DNA from: Eledone cirrhosa
Taxonomy: Eukaryota
Direction: 5' to 3'
NCBI GenBank assembly: GCA_964016885.1
Contig: OZ024757.1
Span: 19,034,001 to 19,098,000 of the forward strand
Length of the DNA stretch: 64,000 bases
Positions within the stretch are counted from its first letter, which is position 1; each line of letters begins with the position of its first letter. The position numbers were made by a program, and so were the translations under genes. Shown piece by piece: positions 39,861-51,513 of the stretch. The notes under the pieces were generated by a model, which worked only from the letters and a program-made list of their open reading frames with translations, was not told where the DNA came from and ran no database searches.

Positions 39861-40104
39861 TAAAGGTTTCCAATTTAAATTAAAATTTTATATAAGAACC
39901 TTCGGGTATGCATTTCTAAGGATTTTAATGACGGATGGTTCGGTCAAATAGAAAAAAAACGTAAACACTACAAAGTTTTAGTAAAAAATTAAAAATCAAG
40001 ACATAAGAAGATAGATTTATGAAATTATTAATAATAAAAAATATTAACAAAGTTATTTTTATAAATACCCATCGTTGATTAAGTCTGAAAAATCATTGGT
40101 CAGT

Positions 40105-40191
40105 CTGATGTCAATCGGATAGGTCGCACCTCAATAATTTATACTTATTTATCGTTAAAAAAGTGCGACCTATACGCGAGTATATACGGTA
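40105..40191. mobile_element. Tc1/mariner (pogo/Tigger-like) transposon terminus
   Basis: TGCGACCTATACGCGAGTATATACGG-TA end with sub-terminal inverted ATAGGTCGCAC/GTGCGACCTAT. Confidence 0.55.
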
Positions 40192-40213
40192 CATTAAGTT
40201 ACTATCTTATCAA

Positions 40214-42146
40214 GGGTGGTGGATTGGCAGTATCAGTAGAGGGTCGGACGCCATGTTAGGGTGGTGGATTGGCAGTATCGGTTGAGGGTCGGACACCATG
40301 TTAGGGTGGTGGATTGGCAGTATCGGTAGAGGGTCGGACGCCATGTTAGGGTGGTGGATTGGCAGTATCGGTTGAGGGTCGGACGCCATGTTAGGGTGGT
40401 GGATTGGCAGTATCGGTTGAGGGTCAGACACCATGTTAGGGTGGTGGATTGGCAGTATCGGTAGAGCGTCGGACACCATGTTAGGCTGGTGGATTGGCAG
40501 TATCGGTTGAGGGTCAGACACCATGTTAGGGTGGTGGATTGGCAGTATCGGTAGAGGGTCGGACGCCATGTTAGGGTGGTGGATTGGCAGTATCGGTTGA
40601 GGGTCAGACACCATGTTAGGGTGGTGGATTGGCAGTATCGGTAGAGGGTCGGACACCATGTTAGGGGGGTGGATTGGCAGTATCGGTTGAGGGTCAGACA
40701 CCATGTTAGGGTGGTGGATTGGCAGTATCGGTAGAGGGTCGGACGCCATGCTAGGGTGGTGGATTGGCAGTATCGGTAGAGGGTCGGACGCCATGTTAGG
40801 GTGGTGGATTGGCAGTATCGGTAGAGGGTCGGACGCCATGCTAGGGTGGTGGATTGGCAGTATCGGTTGAGGGTCGGACGCCATGTTAGGGTGGTGGATT
40901 GGCAGTATCGGTAGAGGGTCGGACGCCATGTTAGGGTGGTGGATTGGCAGTATCGGTAGAGGGTCGGACACCATGTTAGGGTGGTGGATTGGCAGTATCG
41001 GTTGAGGGTCAGACACCATGTTAGGGTGGTGGATTGGCAGTATCGGTAGAGGGTCGGACGCCATGTTAGGGTGGTGGATTGGCAGTATCGGTTGAGGGTC
41101 AGACACCATGTTAGGGTGGTGGATTGGCAGTATCGGTAGAGGGTCGGACACCATGTTAGGGTGGTGGATTGGCAGTATCGGTTGAGGGTCAGACACCATG
41201 TTAGGGTGGTGGATTGGCAGTATCGGTAGAGGGTCGGACGCCATGCTAGGGTGGTGGATTGGCAGTATCGGTAGAGGGTCGGACGCCATGTTGGGGTGGT
41301 GGATTGGCAGTACCGGTAGAGGGTCGGACGCCATGCTAGGGTGGTGGATTGGCAGTATCGGTTGAGGGTCGGACGCCATGTTAGGGTGGTGGATTGGCAG
41401 TATCGGTAGAGGGTCGGACGCCATGTTAGGGTGGTGGATTGGCAGTATCGGTAGAGGGTCGGACACCATGTTAGGGTGGTGGATTGGCAGTATCGGTTGA
41501 GGGTCAGACACCATGTTAGGGTGGTGGATTGGCAGTATCGGTAGAGGGTCGGACGCCATGTTAGGGTGGTGGATTGGCAGTATCGGTTGAGGGTCAGACA
41601 CCATGTTAGGGTGGTGGATTGGCAGTATCGGTAGAGGGTCGGACGCCATGCTAGGGTGGTGGATTGGCAGTATCGGTAGAGGGTCGGACGCCATGTTAGG
41701 GTGGTGGATTGGCAGTATCGGTAGAGGGTCGGACACCATGTTAGGGTGGTGGATTGGCAGTATCGGTTGAGGGTCAGACACCATGTTAGGGTGGTGGATT
41801 GGCAGTATCGGTAGAGGGTCGGACGCCATGCTAGGGTGGTGGATTGGCAGTATCGGTAGCGGGTCGGACGCCATGCTAGGGTGGTGGATTGGCAGTATCG
41901 GTAGAGGGTCGGACGCCATGCTAGGGTGGTGGATTGGCAGTATCGGTAGAGGGTCGGACGCCATGCTAGGGTGGTGGATTGGCAGTATCGGTAGAGGGTC
42001 GGACGCCATGCTAGGGTGGTGGATTGGCAGTATCGGTAGAGGGTCGGACGCCATGTTAGGGTGGTGGATTGGCAGTATCGGTTGAGGGTCGGACGCCATG
42101 CTAGGGTGGTAGATTGGCAGAATCGGTAGAGGGTCGGATGCCATGC
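40214..42146 (+). repeat. 45-bp minisatellite (~43 copies) made from the 5' head of SINE type 2
   Basis: Unit TTAGGGTGGTGGATTGGCAGTATCGGTAGAGGGTCGGACGCCATG; the last unit runs directly into the SINE body. Confidence 0.95.
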
Positions 42147-42319
42147 TTTGCAGCATAGAGTTACGCCCTTTTATGATCTGAGTTCAAATCCCGCCGAGGT
42201 TAACTTTGCCTTTCATCTTTACAGGGCCGATAAAATAAAGTACCAGTCACGCACTGGGGGTCAATCTAATCGACTTTCCCCTCCCCCCAAATTGCTGGCC
42301 TTGTGCCTATATCAGAAAT
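42103..42319 (+). mobile_element. SINE type 2, full length
   Basis: A box, B box GAGTTCAAATCC, Nin/Deu-like domain; 22-bp direct repeats at 40192-40213 and 42320-42341. Confidence 0.9.
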
Positions 42320-42711
42320 CATTAAGTTGCTATCTTATCAACCTGACCAAAACTGGCTCTGGTCCTATCAACTCCCTGTTTTGATACTATCCTACTTACC
42401 TCTACCGTTTGTATCATAAAAGGAAATCTTTTGTTTTCTCAATGGGTGGTACTCATATCTGAAACCCCTTTGATAGGGAAACATCCCAAACAGCCCCTTT
42501 TTCTGTGATACAAAGTTGTTTGTTTTAACTGGGTTTATCCACCTCCTCCTCCTCCTCCTCATCTCTTTGTCATCATCATCACCACCATCACCATCATCGT
42601 GATCATCATCATAATCACCATCACCATCATCATCATCACCATCACCATCATAATCATCATCATCATAATCATCACCATCATAATCATCACCATCATAATC
42701 ATCACCATCAT

Positions 42712-42744
<33 letters not shown>

Positions 42745-42841
42745 CATCATCACCATCACCATCACCACCACCATCACCATCAACATTATCATTTTTTCAT
42801 CTTTCTTTGTGTTAGCCAACTCTTCTCAAGTACAATGCCTT

Positions 42842-42887
<46 letters not shown>

Positions 42888-44019
42888 TGTAGTGGTGGTA
42901 CTGGTAGTAGTAGTTGTGGCAGTGGTGGTGGTAGTATTAGTGGTTGTGATGATGGTAGTAGAAGTGGTTGTTGTAGTAGTAGTAGAGGTGGTGGTAATAG
43001 TAGTAGTAGTTTTGGCAGCAGTAGTAGTAGAGGTGGTGGTGGTGGTAGTAGTAGTACTAGTAGTAGAGGTGGTAGCAGTAGTAGTTTTGGCAATAGTAGT
43101 AGTAGTAGTAGTGGTAGTAGTAGTAGTGGTGGTGGTGGTGGTAGTAGTGGTAGTGGTGGGGTGTTGTAGAACTGGTTGCTCCTGCTGATGTCATTTGATA
43201 GGCTTCGATCTCCTCAATGAAATCTATCTATTGTTAATCATTGTTCATCACTACTACCACCTTACCACCACCACTACCACTGACACTACACCACCACACT
43301 ATCACCACCACCACCTTACCACCACCACTACCACTGACACTACACCACCACACTACCACCGCCACCACCTTACCACCACCACTACCACTGACACTACACC
43401 ACCACACTACCACCACCACCACCACTGACACCACCACCACCACCTTACCACCACCACTACTACTGACACTACACCACCACACTACCACCACCACCACCTT
43501 ACCACTACCACTGACACTACACCACCACACTACCACCGCCACCACCTTACCACCACCACTACCACTGACACTACACCACCACATTACCACCACCACCACC
43601 TTACCACCACCACTACCACTGACACCACACCACCACACTACCACCACCTTACCACTACCACTGACACTACACCACCACACTACCACCGCCACTACCTTAC
43701 CACCTTCACTACCACTGACACTACACCACCACTGACACTACCACCACCACCACCACCTTACCACCATCACTACCACTGACACTACCACCTTACCACCACC
43801 ACTGACACTACACCACCACACTACCACTGCCACCACCTTACCACTACCACCACCACCTTACCACTACCACTACCACTGCCACCACCTTACCACCACCACT
43901 ACCACCACCACCACCACTACTACCACTGACACTACACGACCACACTACCACCACCACCACTGCCACCATTACTACCACTGCCACCAACACCACCACACTA
44001 CCACCACCACAACCATTCG

Positions 44020-45805
44020 TTCTAAACATTGGGAGCACAGCTGCCAAAGGTGTAAAAGCCACACTTGCTATCTTCAATTAAGTATTTATGCCACCCTTTA
44101 CCTATGGCCATGAATCTTGGGTAATGACCGAAAGAATAAGATCGCAAATACAAGTGGCCGAAATGGGGTTCCTCCAAAGGGTCCTGCGTAGCTTGGAGAT
44201 CAGAGAGTCACTCCAGGTAGAGCTGCTACCTCTCTGAATTGAGAGATCACAGCTCTGATACTATGGACATGTGGTTAGAATGTCTCAGGAAAGAATGTGT
44301 AGCTCAGAGATCAGAGAGTCATTCCAGGTAGAGCTGCTACTTCTCCGAATTGAGAGATCACAGCTCTGATACTATGGACATGTGGTTAGAATGTCTCAGG
44401 AAAGAATGTGTAGCTCAGAGATCAGAGAGTCACTCGAGGTAGAGCTGCTACTTCTCTGAATTGAGAGATCACAGCTCTGATACTATGGACGTGGTTAGAA
44501 TGTCTCAGGAAAGAATGTGTAGCTCAGAGATCAGAGAGTCACTCCAGGTAGAGCTGCTACTTCTCCGAATTGAGAGATCACAGCTCTGATACTATGGACG
44601 TGGTTAGAATGTCTCAGGAAAGAATGTGTAGCTCGGAGATCAGAGAGTCATTCCAGGTAGAGCTGCTACTTCTCCGAATTGAGAGATCACAGCTCTGATA
44701 CTATGGACATGTGGTTAGAATGACTCAGGAAAGAATGTGTAGCTCAGAGATCAAAGAGTCACTCGAGGTAGAGCTGCTACTTCTCTGAATTGAGGGATCA
44801 CAGCTCTGATACTATGGACATGTGGTTAGAATGTCTCAGGAAAGAATGTGTAGCTCAGAGATCAGAGAGTCATTCCAGGTAGAGCTGCTACTTCTCCGAA
44901 TTGAGAGATCACATCTCTGATACTATGGACATGTGGTTAGAATGTCTCAGGAAAGAATGTGTAGCTCAGAGATCAGAGAGTCATTCCAGGTAGAGCTGCT
45001 ACTTCTCCGAATTGAGAGATCACAGCTCTGATACTATGGACATGTGGTTAGAATGTCTCAGGAAAGGATGTGTAGCTCAGAGATCAGAGAGTCATTCCAG
45101 GTGGAGCTGCTACTTCTCCGAATTGAGAGATCACAGCTCTGATACTATGGACATGTGGTTAGAATGTCTCAGGAAAGAATGTGTAGCTCAGAGATCAGAG
45201 AGTCACTCCAGGTAGAGCTGCTACTTCTCCGAATTGAGAGATCACAGCTCTGATACTATGGACATGTGGTTAGAATGTCTCAGGAAAGAATGTGTAGCTC
45301 AGAGATCAGAGAGTCACTCGAGGTAGAGCTGCTACTTCTCTGAATTGAGAGATCACAGCTCTGATACTATGGACATGTGGTTAGAATGTCTCAGGAAAGA
45401 ATGTGTAGCTCAGAGATCAGAGAGTCACTCCAGGTAGAGCTGCTACTTCTCTGAATTGAGAGATCACAGCTCTGATACTATGGACATGTGGTTAGAATGT
45501 TTCAGGAAAGAATATGTAGCTCGGAGAGCAGAAAAATCACTTCAGGTAGAGCTGCTACTTCACTGAGTTGAGAGATCATACCAGTGATACTATGGGCATG
45601 TCAGGAAAGAATTACTGGACAGATTTTACAGGCACAAAACCAACCGGCAGGTAACCCAGGGGTTGACCAACCCCGAGCAAGACGGTTAGAGTCAGATCAA
45701 TTTGAGATGGTTATTTCTGTCTGACAGGAGCCGTTGGAGGGAGTGTTTGAGTACTCCCCCCTCCCGTGACCCTCTCACTAATAAGTGAGCAAAGAAGAGG
45801 AGGAT
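44020..45805 (+). mobile_element. Degenerate Expander/REX3-like RTE 3' end with an internal 111-bp x13 tandem array (~44190-45600)
   Basis: FTYGHESWVMTERIRSQIQVAEMGFLQRV...IRESLQVELL..IERSQL.YYGHVVRMSQER, later RWRECL..PP.RDP and an AAGAAGAGGAGG tail. Unit spacing is 111 nt (two units 109). Confidence 0.85.
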
Positions 45806-46116
45806 CCTGCCTGAGAAAGAAGCCCTATGAGATGAGGAGGGGCGGCTGATGCAGCAGGTGTTCCTGGCAGTTCTCCATGGCAATGCTTTTGCTGTCATGC
45901 CTGCAGAGTGCAGCTGGGATATACCACATATGTAGGAGTGTAGAGACAACACGTTCCTTCCTCTTTCTCCCCCTCCCTCTTCCTCATTTTGTTTTCTCCC
46001 CCTCTCTCTCTCTTTCTCTCTTTCCATTCCCCCTTGTTGAGTGGTCAGTTAGTTGTTGACTATTGAAACTGACTACTGACTGACCAGTACTGGCTGTAGT
46101 TTAGTAGTAACTAGGT

Positions 46117-46162
<46 letters not shown>

Positions 46163-46340
46163 ACACACACCACACACATATATATATATGTAGAGGCTAT
46201 ATTTAATTTGGTGGGATACAATGAGCAAAATATTTTTATAACTGGTATAAAGCACTCAACAAATTATTGGAGATTCAACCAGAATGGTTGTATTTTTTAA
46301 GGGTATGTCAATATTTATTTATAAAACTAACCTATATTAT

Positions 46341-46404
46341 ATTTTATCTGATGAAAGCGCACCATAGTTTGCTCTGGTGGCCCTTGAAATATGTATAATG
46401 AAAT
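46341..46404 (+). ncRNA. Type I hammerhead ribozyme motif, family A
   Basis: ATTTTAT-CTGATGA-AAGCGCACCA...TGGTGGCCCTT-GAA-ATATGTAT-A-ATGAAAT. Confidence 0.75.
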
Positions 46405-46443
46405 AAATATGGTTTTATAAATATAGTTTCCATTTGTTAATAT

Positions 46444-46489
<46 letters not shown>

Positions 46490-46547
46490 ATATTTAATAT
46501 AGAAATGGCTTCTACTGGACTAGAACTGTTTCATTCTAAGGAAATCA

Positions 46548-46735
46548 GTTCAGATGCATCACTGATTTTTCGTTTTCTATTATATAATACTCTGCTCTGT
46601 AAGAGCATAGAGTGCTCAATCATCATACCACATATGGAAGCATCATACCTACCATCTGACACACATATATATATATGCTCTTACAGAGCAGAGTATGATA
46701 TAATAGAAAACGAAAAATCAGTCATGCATCTGAAC
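46548..46735. repeat. Inverted repeat, 62-bp arms, ~64-bp spacer
   Basis: 46548-46609 is the reverse complement of 46674-46735 with few mismatches. Confidence 0.85.
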
Positions 46736-47079
46736 GCAATTTATTGTGTGTTACAATTGTTTCGCCGGCAGACAGCTTGAGACGCGATCATTGTGTGGAT
46801 CTGTCTGATTCTGGACCCGCAGGTTCGACGGACACGTCTAATATATATCATCATCATCATCATCATCATCGTTTAACGTCCATGTTCCACGCTTGCATGG
46901 GTTTGGACGGGGGTTTTCCCACTTGAGGCAAGAGTGGTTGTCTTGCTTGCATAGGACTGTCTGGCAGGTTTTCTACAGCTGGATGCCCTTCCTAACACCA
47001 ACCACATTTACAGTGTGGGGCTGGGAGGTTTTTACCGTGTTGCCTACACGTTATATATATATATATATATATCTATATA

Positions 47080-47259
47080 TATAATGAAGGAGGACCATAA
47101 CGCACCAGAGTACTCAATACTTAGGGTAGTAGAGTGGGTAATAGGAAAATGTTTAACCCCGGCGGCAAAGCTCAAGCCATTTCGATGGCTATTTCTGGAC
47201 TCTAGAAACAGCCATCGAAACGGCTTGAGCTCTGCCGTCGGGGTTAAACATTTTCCTAT
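47080..47259 (-). mobile_element. Hairpin element: inverted repeat 47141-47259 plus tail on the left
   Basis: ATAGGAAAATGTTTAACCCC...GGGGTTAAACATTTTCCTAT; tail is the reverse complement of that at 11980-12040. Confidence 0.85.
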
Positions 47260-47544
47260 ATATATATATATATATATATATATGCCTGTTTGTTTCGTTC
47301 CTTGTATCTTTACCACTTCTAGCAGTCTCCCTCTCTGTTACTCTCTCCTCAACTTTCACTCACTCATTCTCTGTCACTACCTCTCCTCCTCCTCTTTCCT
47401 CCTCCTCCTTCAAGTTTGACCTGTGTGTAATTCTTTTCTCGCGCAGTCTTGACCGAGCTGGTATGAAATTTTTTTCTCTCTCTCTCTTTCGTCTGCGACT
47501 TCACAAAACTTGCGTTTACCGAATTCGTAGACCAGACCACCTTA

Positions 47545-47577
<33 letters not shown>

Positions 47578-47968
47578 CTCCTTTTTCTCTCTCTCTCTCT
47601 TTTTCCCCCCCCGTCAAACTTGGGCGAAATTCTTTCCTTGCTCACATTTCTACCAGGTTCGATGGTCTTTCGTCTCTTGTTCACGATTTCACAGAGTTTA
47701 TATTCATAGAGATCTGGGACTTGTCTATTTCTACTCACTTTCCGTTGCTTAAACCCTTTTGTTGTTACTCTAGCGTCCCCCTTTATTTACGTGTCCCAAC
47801 GACTTTTTTTAGCCGTTGTTCGCACCAACCTGAGGCATATGGCCCTTAAAGCGATGAAATGCCGAGGACGGTTGGAGGGTCACTGATGAAGGACTCACTT
47901 TTTCATATATATATATATATATATACAATATATTAATAAATGGAAACTATATTTATAAAACCATAATT

Positions 47969-48031
47969 ATTTTACTATATATATTTCAAGGGCAACCAAG
48001 CGAATTTTAGTGCGCTTTCATCCGATAAAAT
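47969..48031 (-). ncRNA. Degenerate family A hammerhead (core CGGATGA)
   Basis: Same flanks as 27018-27080 but with a core substitution; probably inactive. Confidence 0.5.
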
Positions 48032-48137
48032 ACAAAATAATGTTTTATAAATAGTGACATACCCGTAGAAAAACAACCTTGATGGTTGAAGGTTCGAATC
48101 TTGTTGAATTCCAACAAATTAAATATAACTTCTGCAT

Positions 48138-48408
48138 ATCATCATCATCATCATCATTTCATTTTACATCCGCTTTTCACTGCTTGCAAGGGTGGGACGG
48201 GAACTGATTCTGGCTTGATTTCTACAGCTGGATGCCCTTCCTAACACCAACCTCATTTACAGTGAGTGCTGGGTGCTTTTTTGCCATGGCACCTCCACGA
48301 CCACTTTACAGTGGAATGATAGGGACCCCAGTCCCTATCATCTCATTTCTACAGCTGAGTTAACTGGAGCAATGTGAAATAATGTGTCTTGCTCAAGGAA
48401 ACAACACA
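48138..48408 (-). mobile_element. SINE type 1 lacking its head
   Basis: Reverse complement of SINE body and tail; cut at (TA)n. Confidence 0.85.
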
Positions 48409-48420
48409 GCATATATATAT

Positions 48421-50268
48421 ATCATCATCATCATCATCATCAGGTTTAGCGTCCATGTTCCACGCTTGCATGGGTTTGGACGGGGGTTTTCCCACTTGAG
48501 GCAAGAGTGGTTGTCTTGCTCGCATAGGACTGTCTGGCGGGTTTTCTACAGTTGGATGCCCTTCCTAACACCAACCACATTTACAGTGTGGGGCTGGGAG
48601 GTTTTTACCGTGTTGCCTACACGGCCACATTACAGCGTGGACTGTCTGGCGGGTTTTCTACAGCTGGATGCCCTTCCTAACACCAACCACATTTACAGTG
48701 TGGGGCTGGGAGGTTTTTACCGTGTTGCCTACACGGCCACATTTACAGCGTGGACTGTGTGTTTTTTTGTCGTGACACCTACACGATCTCATTTGTTTCG
48801 GCCTGGATGTTGTGGGACCAACATAACTTTACATTGAAAGGGGCGGTGTGGGTGGGGTGGAGGTGGTGGGACGGGGGTGTGTTTTGATAGAGGTGCCTAC
48901 TGACTGTAGTAGGTTTTTACTTTGTATTTAGGTAAGGCGGGTCTTCTCTATTACTGAGTACCGCCAAAGGTCTCGGTCCAGTGACATTGTCTTGGAGAGG
49001 TGTAAGCGTGTGAGGTCGGAATTTATCAGCTCGTCCCATGTTTTTCTGGGTCTGCCTACTCCGTGGCTACCGTCTATCTTTATTGCCCTGCACTTTGTTA
49101 TACAGCTGTCGTCTTTCATGCGCATCACGTGACCGTACCAACGTAGCCTTCTCTCGAGTAAACAACATCTGATCCCTCTTATTTCTAATTTTTTCCTTAG
49201 TTCGTTTATGCTTTGCCGTTCACGTATATTACTATTGCACATCCAGCGGAGCATGCAAGCTTCGTTCCTCTCTAGTCTGCGTATATCCTCTGCACACAAT
49301 GCCCAGGTCTCACTGCCATGCAGCATTGCTGTTCGTATGCAGGCATCGTATAACCTGCCTTTCATTTTTAGGGAGAACCCTCTAGCGGCTAATAGTGGTA
49401 TAAGCTCTCTGAACTTTTTCCATCCAGTTCTGACTCTAGCTACTGTACTTTCAGAGCACCCTCCCCCACTGCTGATTTTGTCACCCAGGTAACGGAAGCT
49501 GTCCACTATTTCTATAGAACCCTCTGCGCAGTTGAAGGAGCTAGTATTTTGTGGGCACTTGCTGCTACTTATTGCACCAGAGCACCGGCCACATGTAAAA
49601 TCTATGTTCTTAGTTAGCTTACCTGTGATCCCACTACATCTTTTATGCACCCATACTTTGCATTTGGGACATAAAATGGAGTTTCTACCTACGCCTTTCC
49701 TACACACTGAGCATGGCCATTTCCCCGATGGGACCGCCGCCTTATTTTCTTTCCTACAAACTAGAACTTTAGTCTTAGCCAGGTTAATTTTAAGGCCTTT
49801 TGATTCTAGGCCGTGCTTCCACGTTTGGAATTTCTTCTCTAGTTCGGTCATTGATTCAGCTATGAGCGTTAGATCATCTGCGTATAGGAGTTCCCATGGG
49901 CAGCCGGTCTTGAACTCCTCTGTTATAGCCTGAAGGGCAATAATAAATAGTAGGGGGCTAAGTACAGAGCCCTGATGGACACCAACTTTTACGCTAAACT
50001 CTTCACTATATTCGTTGTTAATTCTAACCTTACTGACTGTTTCTTTATACATGGCTTGTATAGCTCTCACAAGCCATTCGTCAACACCTAGTTTTCTAAG
50101 AGACCACCAGATAATGGAACGGGGGACTCTGTCGAAGGCTTTCTCCAAGTCGACAAAAGCTAAGTATAGGGGTTTACTTTTAGCTAGGTACTTCTCCTGT
50201 AGTTGTCGTACAATGAAAAGAGCGTCTGTGGTACTTTTGCCTGACACAAACCCGAACTGCATTTCATC
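48421..50268 (-). mobile_element. Young 5'-truncated RTE-clade LINE; uninterrupted RT C-terminal frame 48928-50268
   Basis: [39 protein letters not shown] motifs; Cys-rich PHD-like insert (CSVC...CPKC...HKRC...CGRC); [10 protein letters not shown]; (CAT)n tail. The N-terminal part of the tracked ORF is (TA)n. Confidence 0.97.
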
Positions 50269-50354
50269 ATATATATATATAAATATAAATATATACCTAT
50301 ATTTATATACATATATGTATACATATGTGTATGTGTATACATGTATATACATGC

Positions 50355-50431
<77 letters not shown>

Positions 50432-51361
50432 TTGCAACATATGCCTAGAAATTGCCTCAATGCTGTTGATTTTCTTTTTTAAATGTTTTAAACAAAATAT
50501 GAAATTATCACCACTGCCATAATTACCACCACCACCCTCATTTTCATCACTATCTTTCACCCTCCTTCTTCCACTTTCTCCCACCTTCCTCCCTCTCTCC
50601 CACCTTCCCTCTCCCCCTCTCTCCCACCTTCCCCCTCTCTGCCCTCTTTCTCTCTCTACATATATGGTGGTTGTGGTGGTGGCGATGGTGTAGTGTTGGT
50701 CACCACTATTAACCCCCCCCCGTCTCCCCCCAATCCACCCCCACCGCCCTCCAATCCACCCTGAAATGTATTCACTGTTTGAATATGTTGCCTTCTTTCA
50801 TTCTGTAATCTACAGTGTTGTTGTCATCAACACCTGGCATCCCACCCCACCGCCACCCTATCTATATCTCTCTCTCCCTACCTCTCTCTCTACCTTTACC
50901 TCTACTCCTCTCTCCTTCTACATCTCCTCCCCTCTCTCTCTTCTCTCTCTTTCTCTCTACATATACCCCTCTCTCTCTATCTATCTACTATTGTCTCTCT
51001 CTACCTCCACCCTATTTCTCTCTCCCACAACCTCTCTCTACCTCTCTCTACCTCTCCCTATCTACTCCTTTCTCTCTCTACCTCTCTCTCTCTCTGTCTG
51101 CTTCTCTCTCTCTCTCTCACTCTACATCTACTCCTCTTTCTCTCTCTACCTCCACCCTATTTCTCTCTACCTCTCCCTATCTACTCCTTTCTCTCTCTAC
51201 CTCTCCCTATCTACTCCTTTCTCTCTCTACCTCTCTCTCTCTCTGTCTGCTTCTCTCTCTCTCTATCATCTCCTCTGCCTCTCTCTCAATAGATTCATAG
51301 ATAGATAGAACAAACTGATAAAGACACAAGAAGATTGTAAGTCACTGATTAAAGAAACAGG

Positions 51362-51393
51362 CTAACCCTAACACTAACCCTAACCCTAACCCC
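51362..51393. repeat. Short interstitial telomere-like (CCCTAA)n
   Basis: CTAACCCTAACACTAACCCTAACCCTAACCCC. Confidence 0.7.
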
Positions 51394-51513
51394 TATATAT
51401 ATATATAGGTTGGCTTTGTACCCTTGAAATATATATAATAGAATAAATATGGTTTTATAAATATAGTTTCCATTTATTTAATATCATTGTATGTATATAT
51501 ATATATATATATA

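Noticed and set aside
40210-42156. 648-aa ORF with 15-aa repeats
   Set aside because: Antisense reading of the 45-bp SINE-head array; a stop-free unit divisible by 3 explains it.
45692-46027. 111-aa minus-strand ORF
   Set aside because: Largely antisense of the RTE 3' end plus purine-rich low complexity.
50269-50460. N-terminal extension of the 510-aa RT ORF
   Set aside because: (TA)n flank read in frame; the element is 5'-truncated and lacks the endonuclease.
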